Shown here: positions 40,111-52,500 of the stretch, one piece after another
Layout: each line of letters starts with the position of its first letter
Numbering within the stretch: position 1 is the first letter of the stretch
NCBI GenBank assembly: GCA_964016885.1
Contig: OZ024743.1
Span: forward strand, 13,950,001 to 14,014,000
DNA length: 64,000 bases
Direction: 5' to 3'
Origin: Eledone cirrhosa
Taxonomy: Eukaryota
The notes under the pieces: generated by a model
Seen by the model: only the letters and a program-made list of their open reading frames with translations
Databases searched by the model: none
Told to the model about the DNA's origin: nothing
Made by a program: the position numbers and the translations under genes

Positions 40111-41518
40111 TAATTTAATGATTAGGCGTCGTCATTTTTATGCGATGTTGGTCCTTGGGCTGACTATTTTGACTCGCTATACGCCGTTTGCCCTGTTTGG
40201 TTTCGAACAGCCGTTGTAATAAGAAATATTCTTCCACGACTACTGTTATGAATGCTTCTGGGGTAGTATTCTTTTCGGAGTGTTGGATCCTCACGTGGTG
40301 GAGAGAATTGTGTGCTGATCTGCTAAACAGTGTCAAATCAACATTTTCTGATGTACACTAGGTGTATCTGGGAGCGATGCTTAATCTCCCACAAGCTGAG
40401 ATCACAGGATCAATTAAAGAGCTCATATGTGGCAAGGCCGATTGGGAGGATAACGTTCGGCACGTGATGTTAAAAGCCTTAACTGGTAAATATACTCTCT
40501 GACTGTCTCGTGTGTGCCGAGTGAACTGGATTTTCTGAAAGGGAGCTAAGCAATAGAAATCGAGTGACCATTCCAATTTTGAATAGGTCAAACAAGAGAG
40601 ATTTTTCTACCAAACGAGGGATCTCCTTGTTAAGCTTCCCAGCCGGTGACGTCTATTGTAAAGAGATGTAGGGAAATTGTCAAATCGACACTAGTTGATG
40701 AACTGTGTGGTTTACGCACCTGAGGAAACTCTCAAATCTAGTGAGATCTACGCAAGTCGCGAAGTTAATTACCAATTTATTACTGAAGCAGTCGTCTTGA
40801 ACGTTTTACGTCTCTACATACAATTTTTCGGCAAGAGAACTTTAAATATGGGAAAATATACTTGTTCTCATTATCCAGGCTACCATGATGGATAGAGTTA
40901 AATCATTCCTTGTGGAGTATGATTATTTGGATAAATGGAAGATAGGTATCTGTATTATACGAAAGACCGTATCATTTCATTTATGAAGACCTTTTTTTTA
41001 AGCGTCTGAGCGATTACCCAACGATAAGTGAAGAGTGTACTTAAATGCATTTGACTCAAAACTACTGCGTTCTGCAAACCTTCACGTGTTCATTTATCTT
41101 CCACGTGTTCTCTGTAACTAAGCATTAGATTGTAAACTTGTAGAATAGTCGTGGTTTATATAGCGAACATATAGCATACATTATAAACAGCTGTTGGGCA
41201 TCCAAATCATCTAACGGATATAGCTTGAAAATCTATATAATCCGGTAATCTGAAGTAAAATATTGCACAAATGAGCCAATATGTTTCCGGATTACCTCAC
41301 TGTAAACGAAATAGTAATCAAGATCGAAGATAAATATGTATGGAAAAAAATAAATTGCTACAACGCAAGGGATGTAATTTTCATCGGTAGCAGATATCGA
41401 TTATAAACATGAAGTTAATATCGAACAAACGTAGTAGTCAAACATATATGGGTTTCATGAATTAGTCGGGTATATGGTGTAACGGATAGGTTCTATGAAC
41501 GATATATAAAGGTAGTAA

Positions 41519-41689
41519 AATAATTGTTTCTACTTTAGGCACAAGGCCAACAATCAACCGGTGCAGTACTGGTACTTTATTTTATCGACCCCGTAAGGAT
41601 GAAAGGCAAAGTCAACCTCAGATCGTAAAGGGACGTAACTATGCTGGAAAGCATGGCGTCCGACCCTCTACCGATACTGCCAATCCACT
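41519..41689 (-). mobile_element. tRNA-derived SINE lacking the B-box segment
   Basis: Matches 38118-38308 with a short deletion. Confidence 0.8.
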
Positions 41690-41889
41690 TAAAATAATAT
41701 CTATTGCCATGAGGCACATAAGCAAACGCATACACGCACATTCACATCCATCTATATATATATAGTATACTCCATATTATGTATACTCCAGTCCTAAAAA
41801 CTGTAGAGTGCTTCTTATCCGATATCTGCATTGCTTTATTGTACTACAATAAAACTCACCTCCTACATTTATATATATATATATATATA

Positions 41890-42690
41890 TCATAAAACAT
41901 GTCTATAGAATCACCAGATAAAATATATACCATTTCCTCTCCCAATTAGCATAATTAACCATATAAAAAATCGAATAGACCAAGCTATAAGAATAAGGCT
42001 TCTTTGAAGAAATCTCCAACAAATAACAGAAACCAGCCCTTCGCGCCGGCTGCGACGGAATATTTATCGAATATTTCGACAGCGTAATCGCTCAGATATA
42101 CAGTCAATTAAACAGAATTAGGTGTACAATAAACTATGAGAAAAGAGAATACATCTATTTACCTCGACCATGGTTTCGTCCGCATTTTAAGATTTCCGAT
42201 AGCTTCGGAACCTTGAGCACCGGACTCTTCAGAAATTAGCTCAAATCTAGACAATACATTTTCCAAAGTGGTCGTGCCAAGAATTAATTCAAAAAGGGCT
42301 AAGAATCGTGACGTAGCAACGGTCAGGTTAGATAGAGTGTGGTTAGTTGCTTACGGCTGGTGGCCTTTTGCTAGAAAGCGCAGCACAATACAGCCAAATT
42401 TGTATCTCAACCTAACGGGAGATTATTACATATAAAGGTTTACATATATATATATACATATATATATATACATATATATATATACGTGTTTTGCAACGGG
42501 TCACTTTGTGGCTCAATGAAAAGTTAATAAATTAAATAATCAGAGCTATATATCATAAAACATGTCTATAGAATCACCAGATAAAATATATACCATTTCC
42601 TCTCCCAATTAGCATAAATAACCATATAAAAAATTGAATAGACCTTACTATAAGAATAAGGCTTCTATGAAGAAATCTTCAACAAATCTC
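41890..42690. repeat. ~135-bp direct repeats (41890-42022, 42552-42695) enclosing a hammerhead-bearing segment
   Basis: CATAAAACATGTCTATAGAATCACCAG... occurs twice. Confidence 0.85.
42162..42235 (-). ncRNA. Hammerhead motif with extended stem II
   Basis: CTGAAGA-GTCCG...CGGAC-GAAA-C catg G-TC; stem I wobble-rich. Confidence 0.6.
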
Positions 42691-42695
42691 CAACA

Positions 42696-43972
42696 AATTG
42701 TCTGAAAACGTGTGTTGAAACCGATATTGTTATACTTTGGGATGGTCATGTTGCCAATAAGAAACACACGCCCCAGTACCCGGATGTAACACATGCGCAA
42801 ACTTAGCACACAACACACACAAAAACAAGATGGCGCAGGACAGAACAAAGGAGAAACACAAAACAAAGAGGAGAATCCCACGTCACTGAAGAGATCACAT
42901 AGTGCGTGACGAAAAAACTTTGACAATATATGAACAACCGTCCAGTTGTGGAACCAACCAACAAACTGGAAATTTATAAATTCTTAAATTTATAAATTTC
43001 ATTTATAATAAATTAGAGGGAAAACATTTGGTGCGTGCGTTTCTTATTGGCAACATGGCCCTCCCAAAGTATAACAATATCGGTTTCAACACACGTTTTC
43101 AGACAAAGAATCTTGCTGAACAATTTCAGAAACGATATATATATATATAGTAACGGGATCTTCTGAAACTAACAAAGTCAATCTGTAAACGCAGAACTGG
43201 ATATTTCAAAAAACGTTGCAACCGGAGGAAGACAGGAAGACGATACTTTGGTTCGTGGTAACGTTCGCTGGCAAAGAACGGGAAAAAACGAATAATACGT
43301 CATTAATAGGAGCGGTGAAAAACAATTACGCGCAAAGACAAAACCACCTTTATGGTATAAAAAAGGTCGTAGACTAATGTTCTCTTAGGTGGTGCATAGA
43401 GACGTTCTCTGGCAATGAACGAAAAAACGAAGATAATAAGTCATATGTGGAGCGTGGAGAACAATAGCACGCAAAGACAAAACCACGTAAATGGTATAGC
43501 AGAAATCGTAGACTAAAATTCTAACTAGGAGACCAAATGAATCTTCGCTACAGAGTTAAGAACAAAGTAAATAATTACAATACAGAAGTAATAGAAACAA
43601 ATATATATATATATTTCGTTTCTGAATTTGTTTAGCAAGATTCTTTATCTGAAAACGTGTGTTGAAACCGATATTGTTATACTTTGGGAGGGTCATGTTG
43701 CCAATAAGAAACACACGCACCAGTTGCTTTCACTTCAATTTATTATAATAAAGTTATAAATTTAGGAATTTATAAATTTCCGGTTGGTTGGTTGGTTCTA
43801 TAATCAGATGGTTGTTTATATATTGTCAAAGTTCTTTCGTTACACATTCTGTGACCTCTTCAGTGACTGGGGATTATTTTCTTTGTTTATGTGCATCTCC
43901 TTTGTTCTGTCCTATGCCATTTTGTTTCTGTCTGTGTGTTGTGTGCTCAGTCTGCGCATGCGCCACATCCGT
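42696..43972. mobile_element. Nested inverted pLTR-like repeats
   Basis: 42696-42775 inverts 43030-43107; about 42780-43145 inverts 43603-43972; ~140-bp diverged tandem pair in the spacer (43261, 43402). Confidence 0.8.
42882..42924 (+). ncRNA. Minimal hammerhead (mirror copy 43825-43867, minus strand)
   Basis: GTCA-CTGAAGA-G.TCAC..GTGAC-GAAA-(a/g)aaC-TT-TGAC. Confidence 0.65.
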
Positions 43973-44272
43973 GTGTCTGTGTGTGTTTATATTCGTTTAT
44001 TTATTTGTTTATTTACATGTTACAGGTTGGTTGTTTGTTCTATGAGCGTGTGTGTTTTCATTTTGTCCTAAATTGTAAGTTGTGATGTTACTGTTCCACT
44101 CATATTTTCTATTTAATTTTGGTTGTAATTCTTTTATGTTTATTGCCTCTCTGATTTGTCTAAACATTGCGTCTTTTCTATGTGTAGATTCTATTTTTAT
44201 TTCTATGTTCTCTAATTTACTCTTATGTTCTATTTTAGCATGTTGGTAGAGTACATATGATTCTTTACTATC

Positions 44273-44648
44273 TTGAAGGTCTCGCCAGTGTTCATTGAAA
44301 TGTCCCCAGATGTATGTGACAGCACGGAGGACCTCCTCAGCAGAATCGGCGAGAGTAACCGATCTAGAGACCTAACAAACTGCATAATAGATAGTATGGA
44401 TGTTGTGTCCCTGTATCCATCTATTGATGTGGATTTTGCTGTGGAGAAATGCGTAGAAATGATCAGTGAGAGCAATGTTGAGTTCCGTCGGATTGACACC
44501 GGTGAGTTGGGACTCCTACTTAAACTTACCTATAGTAATATTTACCTAGACACATATGACCTTAGCAACCTGTGCCCTACAAGACCAGCAAGAGGCAGAC
44601 CACCTACCATTACCTCAATGGCCAAGAAAGCCCACACAGATAGATGGA
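44273..44648 (+). pseudogene. Penelope-type RT N-terminal fragment
   Basis: STEDLL..IIDSMDVVSLYPSIDVD (PLE RT motif A). Confidence 0.7.
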
Positions 44649-44649
44649 A

Positions 44650-45386
44650 CGGGTGGCGCTGCCGGTTCGATATAAACTCTACAGGCACGGAAGTGCTGTC
44701 AGACGGACCTCCCCGAGATGCGCACAGAGCGACGAAACCGTTCTGCACGCACTCGTTGAGTGTCCGTGCACTACTGACTTGTGGAGTTATGCCGAACAGC
44801 TGTTGTCGCATGTAGTACGGATCTGCCTAGCGGCCGAGACCATAGTAAATATCGACCCGCCATCTTCTTTTGGGCAGGGAGGGCAGAAAATGTTCCTCTG
44901 TCTGGTGGCAGCAGCAAAATATGTTGTATGGTGGACCAGGTTGAAAGGACTGAAGACAGACACTTTTCTCTTCGGCCAATCCCTCATCAACTTTTTCAAG
45001 TTTCACTTGGAAAGGAAGGTGATGGTGGAGAGAGAAGTGCTGCCCCCTAGTACATTTGCTGAAAGGTGTGTGAATGTGGCGACAATGGCGCGTGTGAGTG
45101 GGCCTATTCTGATCATGCGCCTGTAGGTGGGTGAATTTGAGGAGGAGAGGGGGTGCACTCCCAGGTACTCTCAAAGTGTCGGATGGTTCAGGATTGGTTG
45201 TATAGCTGAGTGAACCCAGGGTGAACACCCCCCCCCCCCCCCCTATTGGGGAATTTTCATTGTTGTATTTTTATTGTTATTTTGTTATTGTTATTTTTGT
45301 TTACAATTTGTATATGTAAACCCCCACTGTCCCAGTCTTTTGTATTGTCCCCTATATGTCGGCCGTTGTGGCCAATAAATGAAATC
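44650..45386 (+). mobile_element. Tx1-like LINE, 3' fragment
   Basis: ALPVRYKLYRHG..ETVLHALVECP; AATAAA-TGAAATC end, then (TTA)3. Confidence 0.88.
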
Positions 45387-45397
45387 CTTATTATTAT

Positions 45398-48047
45398 CGG
45401 ACATGGAGTATGAGGCGGCTGAGGAGGGGGAAACGGTTGTTAACAAAAAATAAACAGAAAAAACGACAGAACAGCACACACCTTCTCTCCAAAAGCGAAG
45501 GCAAAGAAAGAAGAATAAAGTCTGCAAGGAGTCTTGCAGCAACACCACCAAAACCCCCCTCACCACCACGCATATCACCACCAAAAACAACCACACCACC
45601 AACAGCATCACCAAAAACACCAACATCACAAACACAACAAAGTACACATACCCAAGAGCAACAACAAGAAAACAGAAACAAAATCACTCCTCCCCGCAAA
45701 AAGTACACAATCATAAACATTGCACACCAAGGATTATTGGAACACACAAAAACCACACCGATATTTCAGACGTAAATTACCACACACCACCAAATCCAAG
45801 AACATTATCAAAAAACATTAACATTGTAGAAATGGAACTCGAAAACTACAAACAATTAAAAAAAAAATTCCACAACGCCGTTGGGGAATTTAGGGGGCCA
45901 CTCTCCAAAAGTATCTACAAAGATATCGTCTTGGAGACACCCATGACCAGCCGAGGGGACGGTTCAGCTCTCCCTTTGCCACACGATCAAGGTAAGTGAT
46001 CCTTCCTCACTTGCCCCGTTCTTCATCAACATGCCCGTACTTAGAATAGACAGCACAAATATACGTGGCCTGGGGTCATCTTGGAAGGAGGGTCACTTGC
46101 TCAACGATCTCAGGTCACTAAACATAGATATGGTGGCCATCATCGAGAGCAGAATCTCCGAAGTACGAGCCTTCGCACCGATCTTCGGCGGCTACGGTGT
46201 ATACACATCTCCCAGCCGTCCAGGATCGGGGGGAGGAGTTGCTGTACTGTTTCGGAGAGGCTTGGATCGCAGACGGTAAGTCGGTGGTGCTGAACGTGAA
46301 CGGCAGCGAAGACAATGCTTTCAGGCTAGTAGCCGTCTACGCCCCAACAGTGGCAAGAAGGCCAGATTTGTTCAGACGTCTAGAGACGTTTCTTGGAACG
46401 TCTCTCTCCTTAACCTTAGTGGGCGAATGGAACCGTATATTAGATGCATGCTGGGATTATGTGGGGCTAGTAGACATGACAGGAGGGTGTAAAACCTGTC
46501 TGACAGTTATAGACTGGATTTTCCGAATGTACCAATATTGACATGTGCAAACCGCATCGGGTCATCCAGATCGTATTTAGATAGGGTAATCTGTAGGGAG
46601 ACAGATACGGCTAGTCTAAGTTGTCGACAATTTAAAGTAGTCAACTAAACGGACACAAATTCGTGACCTGTGAGGTTGACTTAAATAGACTCCATAGGCA
46701 AGGTACCTGTTACTGGAAGCTGAACGCGTTTTTCCCGGCGCGCAAAGCTTACAGAGACCGGATTAGCGAATTAGTTAAGCGTGCGTTGCCGGGTGCGATT
46801 TTCAACAACAGGTTGTGGTTTACCCTGAAAAGGGCTATTAGAGTAGAATCAATACGGTTTAGCAAAGGAATAGCGATAGAGGAAAATAGAGTACAAGGAG
46901 AGCTAGTTAGAAAAAAGGAAGAGGCGTTTAGGACAGGCATCGCAACTGACGTGCTTGCGGCGAGATTGGCACTCGACCAATTCTTCAGCGCAAAGCATGA
47001 AGGATGCGTTGTCAGAACTAAAGCGCGTGCTCTGACACACGAGGGGACCAAAGCCGTTCAATGGGCCCGGGTGGTGGAGGCGCGACGTGGCAACATATCC
47101 ACAATACGGTCTTTGCCTGATCGAAACGGGCGCATCTTGCTCGAACCCGAGCAGATGTCTGCGGCTTTTCAACAGCACTTTGTTCGATTGTTCGGGGGCG
47201 GCGGTGGGCAGGATCGGAGTATAGACTTCGGTGCATACCTCGACGGACTGCCGCGGCTTTCGGCGACCGCAGCGCAGTGCTGCGAAAGGCCGATAACAGC
47301 AGATTAAATACGGGAAGCGATGTCTAACGGCACGAGGGGTAAATCGCCAGGTTTGGATCGTCTACCCTCCGAGCTTTATGCCTACATGCCAGACATGTTA
47401 CCCACGTCTTGGCAGATATCTATTGCAACTGGCAGCAGAACGGGAGCATTCCCAGTTTTGTGAGCCGGGGAGCGCTGGCGCTGCTGAGAAAATACCCGAA
47501 AAAAGGGGACGTTATAGACAACTTCAGGCCCATAACTCTGCTAAACACAGAGTTCGAGATTGTGGCCCAGGTGTTAGCAAAGAGATTGGCGCTTGTCGTC
47601 GATGATCTGGTGGGAGAGGGGCAGACATGCACCATTCCGGATAGATCCATCCACGACAACCTCCATCCCATGCGATGCATCATAGTGAGGGTGGTTAAGG
47701 AACCTGGATCGGGTGGGGCCCTGATCAACATGGATAAATCTAAAGCATTTGATAGGGTCGACCATCGGTACCTGGCGGCGGTCCTCGATGCGCCCGGTTG
47801 GAGCCCGTTTTAAGTGGCTGGATCCCTGCGACGGTCATCTACTCTATTGAGGGTGAATGGTCACCTGTCGCATCCGTTCAGCATCATGATCTCGCGACGC
47901 CAAAGTTGTCGCCTCTCGTCCCTCTTGTACGTACTGGCTCTCGAGCTATTTCTGCACAAATTGGAGACCATGAGGGGGTTCGCTCGCGAATTGGGATGCG
48001 GGAGATCCATTTCGGCTTACGCTGGCCTTGTGCCTATAGTTGAAATC
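45398..48047 (+). mobile_element. Tx1-like LINE, diverged subfamily; ORF1 end plus APE-RT, truncated at both ends
   Basis: ORF2 start at 46031 (STNIRGL, VYAP, WKLN, FRPITLLN, KAFDRVDH); ends in TGAAATC before (TTA)n. Confidence 0.9.
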
Positions 48048-48065
48048 ATCATCCTTATTATTATT

Positions 48066-49382
48066 GTTCTTTCAATCTCAGTTATTGATATTATTTAACT
48101 GGAAAGTTTGTTGAAATAACTATCAAGCCGTTACCTGCAACCTCAGATATTCAGGACGTATCGGAGGGTTCTTGCTGTTTCCAGCAAGCATGCCTTTTGA
48201 AGTGTTCCAAAAAGCGGGGCTGGACTAATCATCTTTAACCATCCTTGTAAACTCTTTGAGATAGTACCTAATGCGCCTATGACAATTGGGACGACTCTGA
48301 ATTCATGACAGTTCCAAATCCTTTTTACCTCCCACTTTAAGTCCTGGTATCGGTTAATTTTCTCCCTCTCCTTTTCTTGCACTCTCGTGTCAAATTGTCA
48401 GGTTATTTCTACAATCAGGCACGTTCTTTTTTCATTATCCAAAACCACCAGGTCAGGCCTATTGTGTTCCAGTTTCTTGTCCGTCTGTATCCTAAAATCC
48501 CATAGTACCTTCACCTGATCGTTTTCTATCACCGACTCTGGCTTATGCCCATACCACTTTTCAGAATGTGGTAAATTGTTTATTTGCATAGGTGCCAGTG
48601 GATCACCCTGGCCATCACGTGATGCCTCCACCTTTTATAGTGAGTCTGGGCTAGGTGTTTACACTCGGACACAATGTGAGACACAGTCTCCTCTCTCTCT
48701 CCACAGATCCTACACATTGGGCTAGCCTCCTACTACTTTTAAATATGGTATTTCACCCACTTCGTTTTGAGTGCCTGCTCTTGCGCAGCCATTAGCATTC
48801 CTCTTGTAGCCTTTTTAAGGTCTCCTCTTTTCAACCAGTTCCATATCTGTGGATCTCTAAATTCAGTTTTCTCAAAGAAGGTACTATGAAGGCATTTTTC
48901 ATGAAGGTTGCTCTTCTTCCTTGTTGTTATTTCCTCCTTGGACATCCCCTGGTTTATTGTTCTCTCCTTCAGTACATTTCTGAGCATTGGCTCCCTATTG
49001 TCGGTCAGGTATTTGTGCAGGATGTTTTCCTCCATCTGAACACAGTCCTCTATGCTGATAAGACCTGTTCCACCTTCAGATCTCTTTAAGTAGAGTCTAT
49101 CGACATCACTCCTCTTGTGGAACATGTTGTAGATAGTCAATATCTTCCTAGTCTTCCTATCCATTTCTTTTTGTTCAGCAACATTCCATTTCAGAATTCC
49201 CGCACTGTACATAATAATAGACACAGCTCTGGAATTCACTGCACTTCTGACATTCCTACTATTTAGATGTGATTTTAATCCGCTCCTTACTCTCCTAATG
49301 TACTCAGATCTTATCAATTCCTTCATTTTTTTGTTCTTGATGTCCTCTGCCTCCAGAACACATAAATATTTGTATCGTTCTT
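48066..49382 (-). mobile_element. R4/Dong LINE 3' part (thumb, CCHC, RLE nuclease)
   Basis: RLYLKR.EGG.GL, AAQEQAL, CRICGEREETVSHIVSEC, LWDF.IQTD..HNRPDLVV, EK..RYQDL. Confidence 0.92.
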
Positions 49383-49530
49383 AAAGTGTTTGGACACACC
49401 ACACAAAATTGGTGTCATACATAAATCTTTCTAGGCACTACGCACATTTAAGGAACGTATTATTTGTCTGAGATGTTGCTGTTGTGACTTAACATATGGC
49501 TAAATTATTATTATTATTATTATTATTATT

Positions 49531-52500
49531 GGCGACCTACGTAGGAAATGGTATTATCGTGAGCTACGCAAAGATTTGTTGTTTTCAGTTGTTTGAAATT
49601 GCCATTTATAGAAAATTTTTGTTGTTAAGTGTTTATATGTTCACATATATTGCTTTCGGAAAAGATCACTCAAAAAGATTGGGGCATTGAGCCCAAAATT
49701 TAAACTTTTATAATTATCAAACAAAAAATGTCTTTGAAAAAATCATGGACAACTCACAGCCACACTAAGCTGACAGCCTTCCTCACAAACTAACATCTCA
49801 CACCAACACCACCATTGTAAATATTACTACGTTTGCCAACACTAGAAATATAAGCAGTAGCAATAATTTAAATTTGTCTCATGCAGAATTTGTCTCTTAC
49901 CGCCATTACCAAAATCTGCAGGTGTTACAGCCGCCACCCCCAACACAGCGATAACAGAAACAAAAGAAAAAATTATTATCTCGTGACATCGAAATGGATT
50001 CACCCAGAATCGACTCTTCCACGCCGAACACCACTGACGCTACCACCACCACAACTGAAATTAAAAATAACAATAACAAAAATAACAATAACAACAACAG
50101 CAACAACAACAATGAGAATAACTACAAAAACATCAATACCACCGCAAATGTGTCGTTTGCCAAAGCAGCCGAGAAATGCGAAACAATCGAGGTAACTCAG
50201 GAGGAATAAAATGAAGCCAGGAAAATGGTAAAGAAAGATGGGTGGAGGGTCAGTCCCCCCCCCCCCCCCCCCCACACACACTGACCTAGTAAAATGGAGC
50301 ATCGACGCCTATGCACCGTGTCTTATCGGACGATTAACACAACATCGGGCCGAGTGGAACGGACATCCGAGTCCCAAATCCTCTGAGATTTGGGACATGT
50401 GTGGGCGACAAAAAACCCACATTAGATGTGGGCAGAAATATGGAACCGCGGACGTGTTCTTTGGAACACCACAGGAGGCCAGAGAGCACTCAATGGCCCC
50501 ATTAAGAGGCGACGACTTCACACTCGTCCCAAGCTATTGTGGCCAGAGACTCGAGAAGATCAGGGTGACCCACGTTCCACCGGCCATCGACAATCCCTGG
50601 TTAATGGCTGCCCTCCTCGCCGGCATCGAGGCCAACACCAAAATAATTTAAATATAAAAAGAAAAGCAGGAAAACTGGTCCGGATCACGGATAGAGCTCC
50701 TGATCCAAGCGGACCAAAAAATCATTGAGGAAATCCGAGAGGTAATAGACTTCAATGACGGCAGCCACCTCATCGTAATCGTCGAGAGTAGAAGGCCTAG
50801 GTGTGTCGTTTGTGGTGAAGGAACCCACCTCAAGGCTTTCTGCCCTCATGGTAAAAAGTTGAGGCCACCTCTCTTACCCACCCTAGTGACTCAACCATCA
50901 ACACCACCTGCAGCAGAAATGGCATCAACAACTGTATCAGCAACAACAGAAGCAACTGTAACAGCAACAACCCCAGCAACAGTAGCAAAACCAACACCAC
51001 CACCGCCCACCGCGCCAGAACTAGCACCAGCGCCTCCACCATCAACCCCGCCACAACCAAAACCAACGCATGTGGAGGATTTTCCACTCCCCGACCTGTC
51101 GTAACTGGAGACAGATTGTGACGACGAGGAGTGGGAAACTGTATCAGGAAAAAAGAAAAAAAGAAAAAGAAGCCAAAAAAGAAAAAAATCCACTTCCTTC
51201 CCCCTCCAAAAACAAAATACAGGGGGAAACAAATAAACTATCAAACAAAAAAGTTAGGACAGCTATGCCACCATCCACACCAACATCACCAACCCCATCA
51301 CCACAAACACCAACACCATCACCAACACCACCAAAGTAACCAAAAAGCGAAACAGAAACAAACCTACAACAAACGCAAACAAAACAAAACAACTAAAACG
51401 ATACACACTACACATCATTAAATATGAACAACAACCAATTATTACACTACATCCAACACAACACCAGCATCACAGAAAAAGAATACACAACACCCCAAAG
51501 GTTCACACCACCTCCACACATAAAAGTCACTCGCATCACACAGAAAACGTACACGACGCTAAAACAAAAAATCCCCAAAGATATCGGAGACTTCCGACAA
51601 ACACTCTCCAGGAGGATTTATATGGACATCCTTCCGGAGGAGACGTACATGCAGTGAAAGGGATGGAGAAATCATCCTTCTTCTACGAGAAGTAAGGTAA
51701 GGGGTCTTTCGCATCTTTTCCAGTTCTTTTCAACATGACCTCTCTCAGGATAGGCAGCATAAATGCGCGTGGATTGGGGTCTTCATGGAAGCAGGGCCTC
51801 CTGCTCAACGACATCGGGTCACTAAACATAGATGTAGTGGCCATCAGCTAGACCAGAATCTCTGAAGCACGGGTTCGCACCGATCTTCGGCGGCTACGAT
51901 GTGTACGCATCTCCGAGCCGTCCTGGATCGGAAGGGGGGGTGGGTGTGCTGTGCTTTTTCGGAGAGGGTTGGATCTCGCCATACGGGCCATCTTCCTGGA
52001 CCCAGAGGGTAAGTTGGTGGTGCTGGACGTCACCAGCGGAGACGGGCAAGCTTTCAGGCTAGTGGCCGTCTATGCCCCGACAGGAGCAGGGCGGCCTGAT
52101 TTCTTCCGGCGTCTGGAGACATTTCTTGGAACGTCCCGCTCTTTAGTGTTAGTGGGCGACTGGAACGGGATCTTAGATGCACGCTGGGACTGTGTGAGAT
52201 CAGCGGATAATGGAGGAGGGTGCAAGAGTCCCACCAAACTGCTCAGGCGTTTTGAACTGTCTGGCAGGTACCGATTGGATTTCCCGAATGTGCCAATGGG
52301 GACTTGGACAAACCCATCGGGTCATCCAGATCATATCTAGATAGAGTATTTTGAAGGGAAATAGATAGCTGTAGCATAGGCTGTCCACAATTCAATATAG
52401 TCAGCTACACGGACCACACATTCGTGATCTGTGTGGTTGACTTAGATAGGCTTCATAGACAAGGACCCGGCTAGTGGAAGCTAAACGCTTCCTTACCAGC

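Noticed and set aside
44273-44815. Apparent PLE-RT/Tx1 fusion ORF
   Set aside because: The Tx1 part is read out of its native frame; this is an insertion junction
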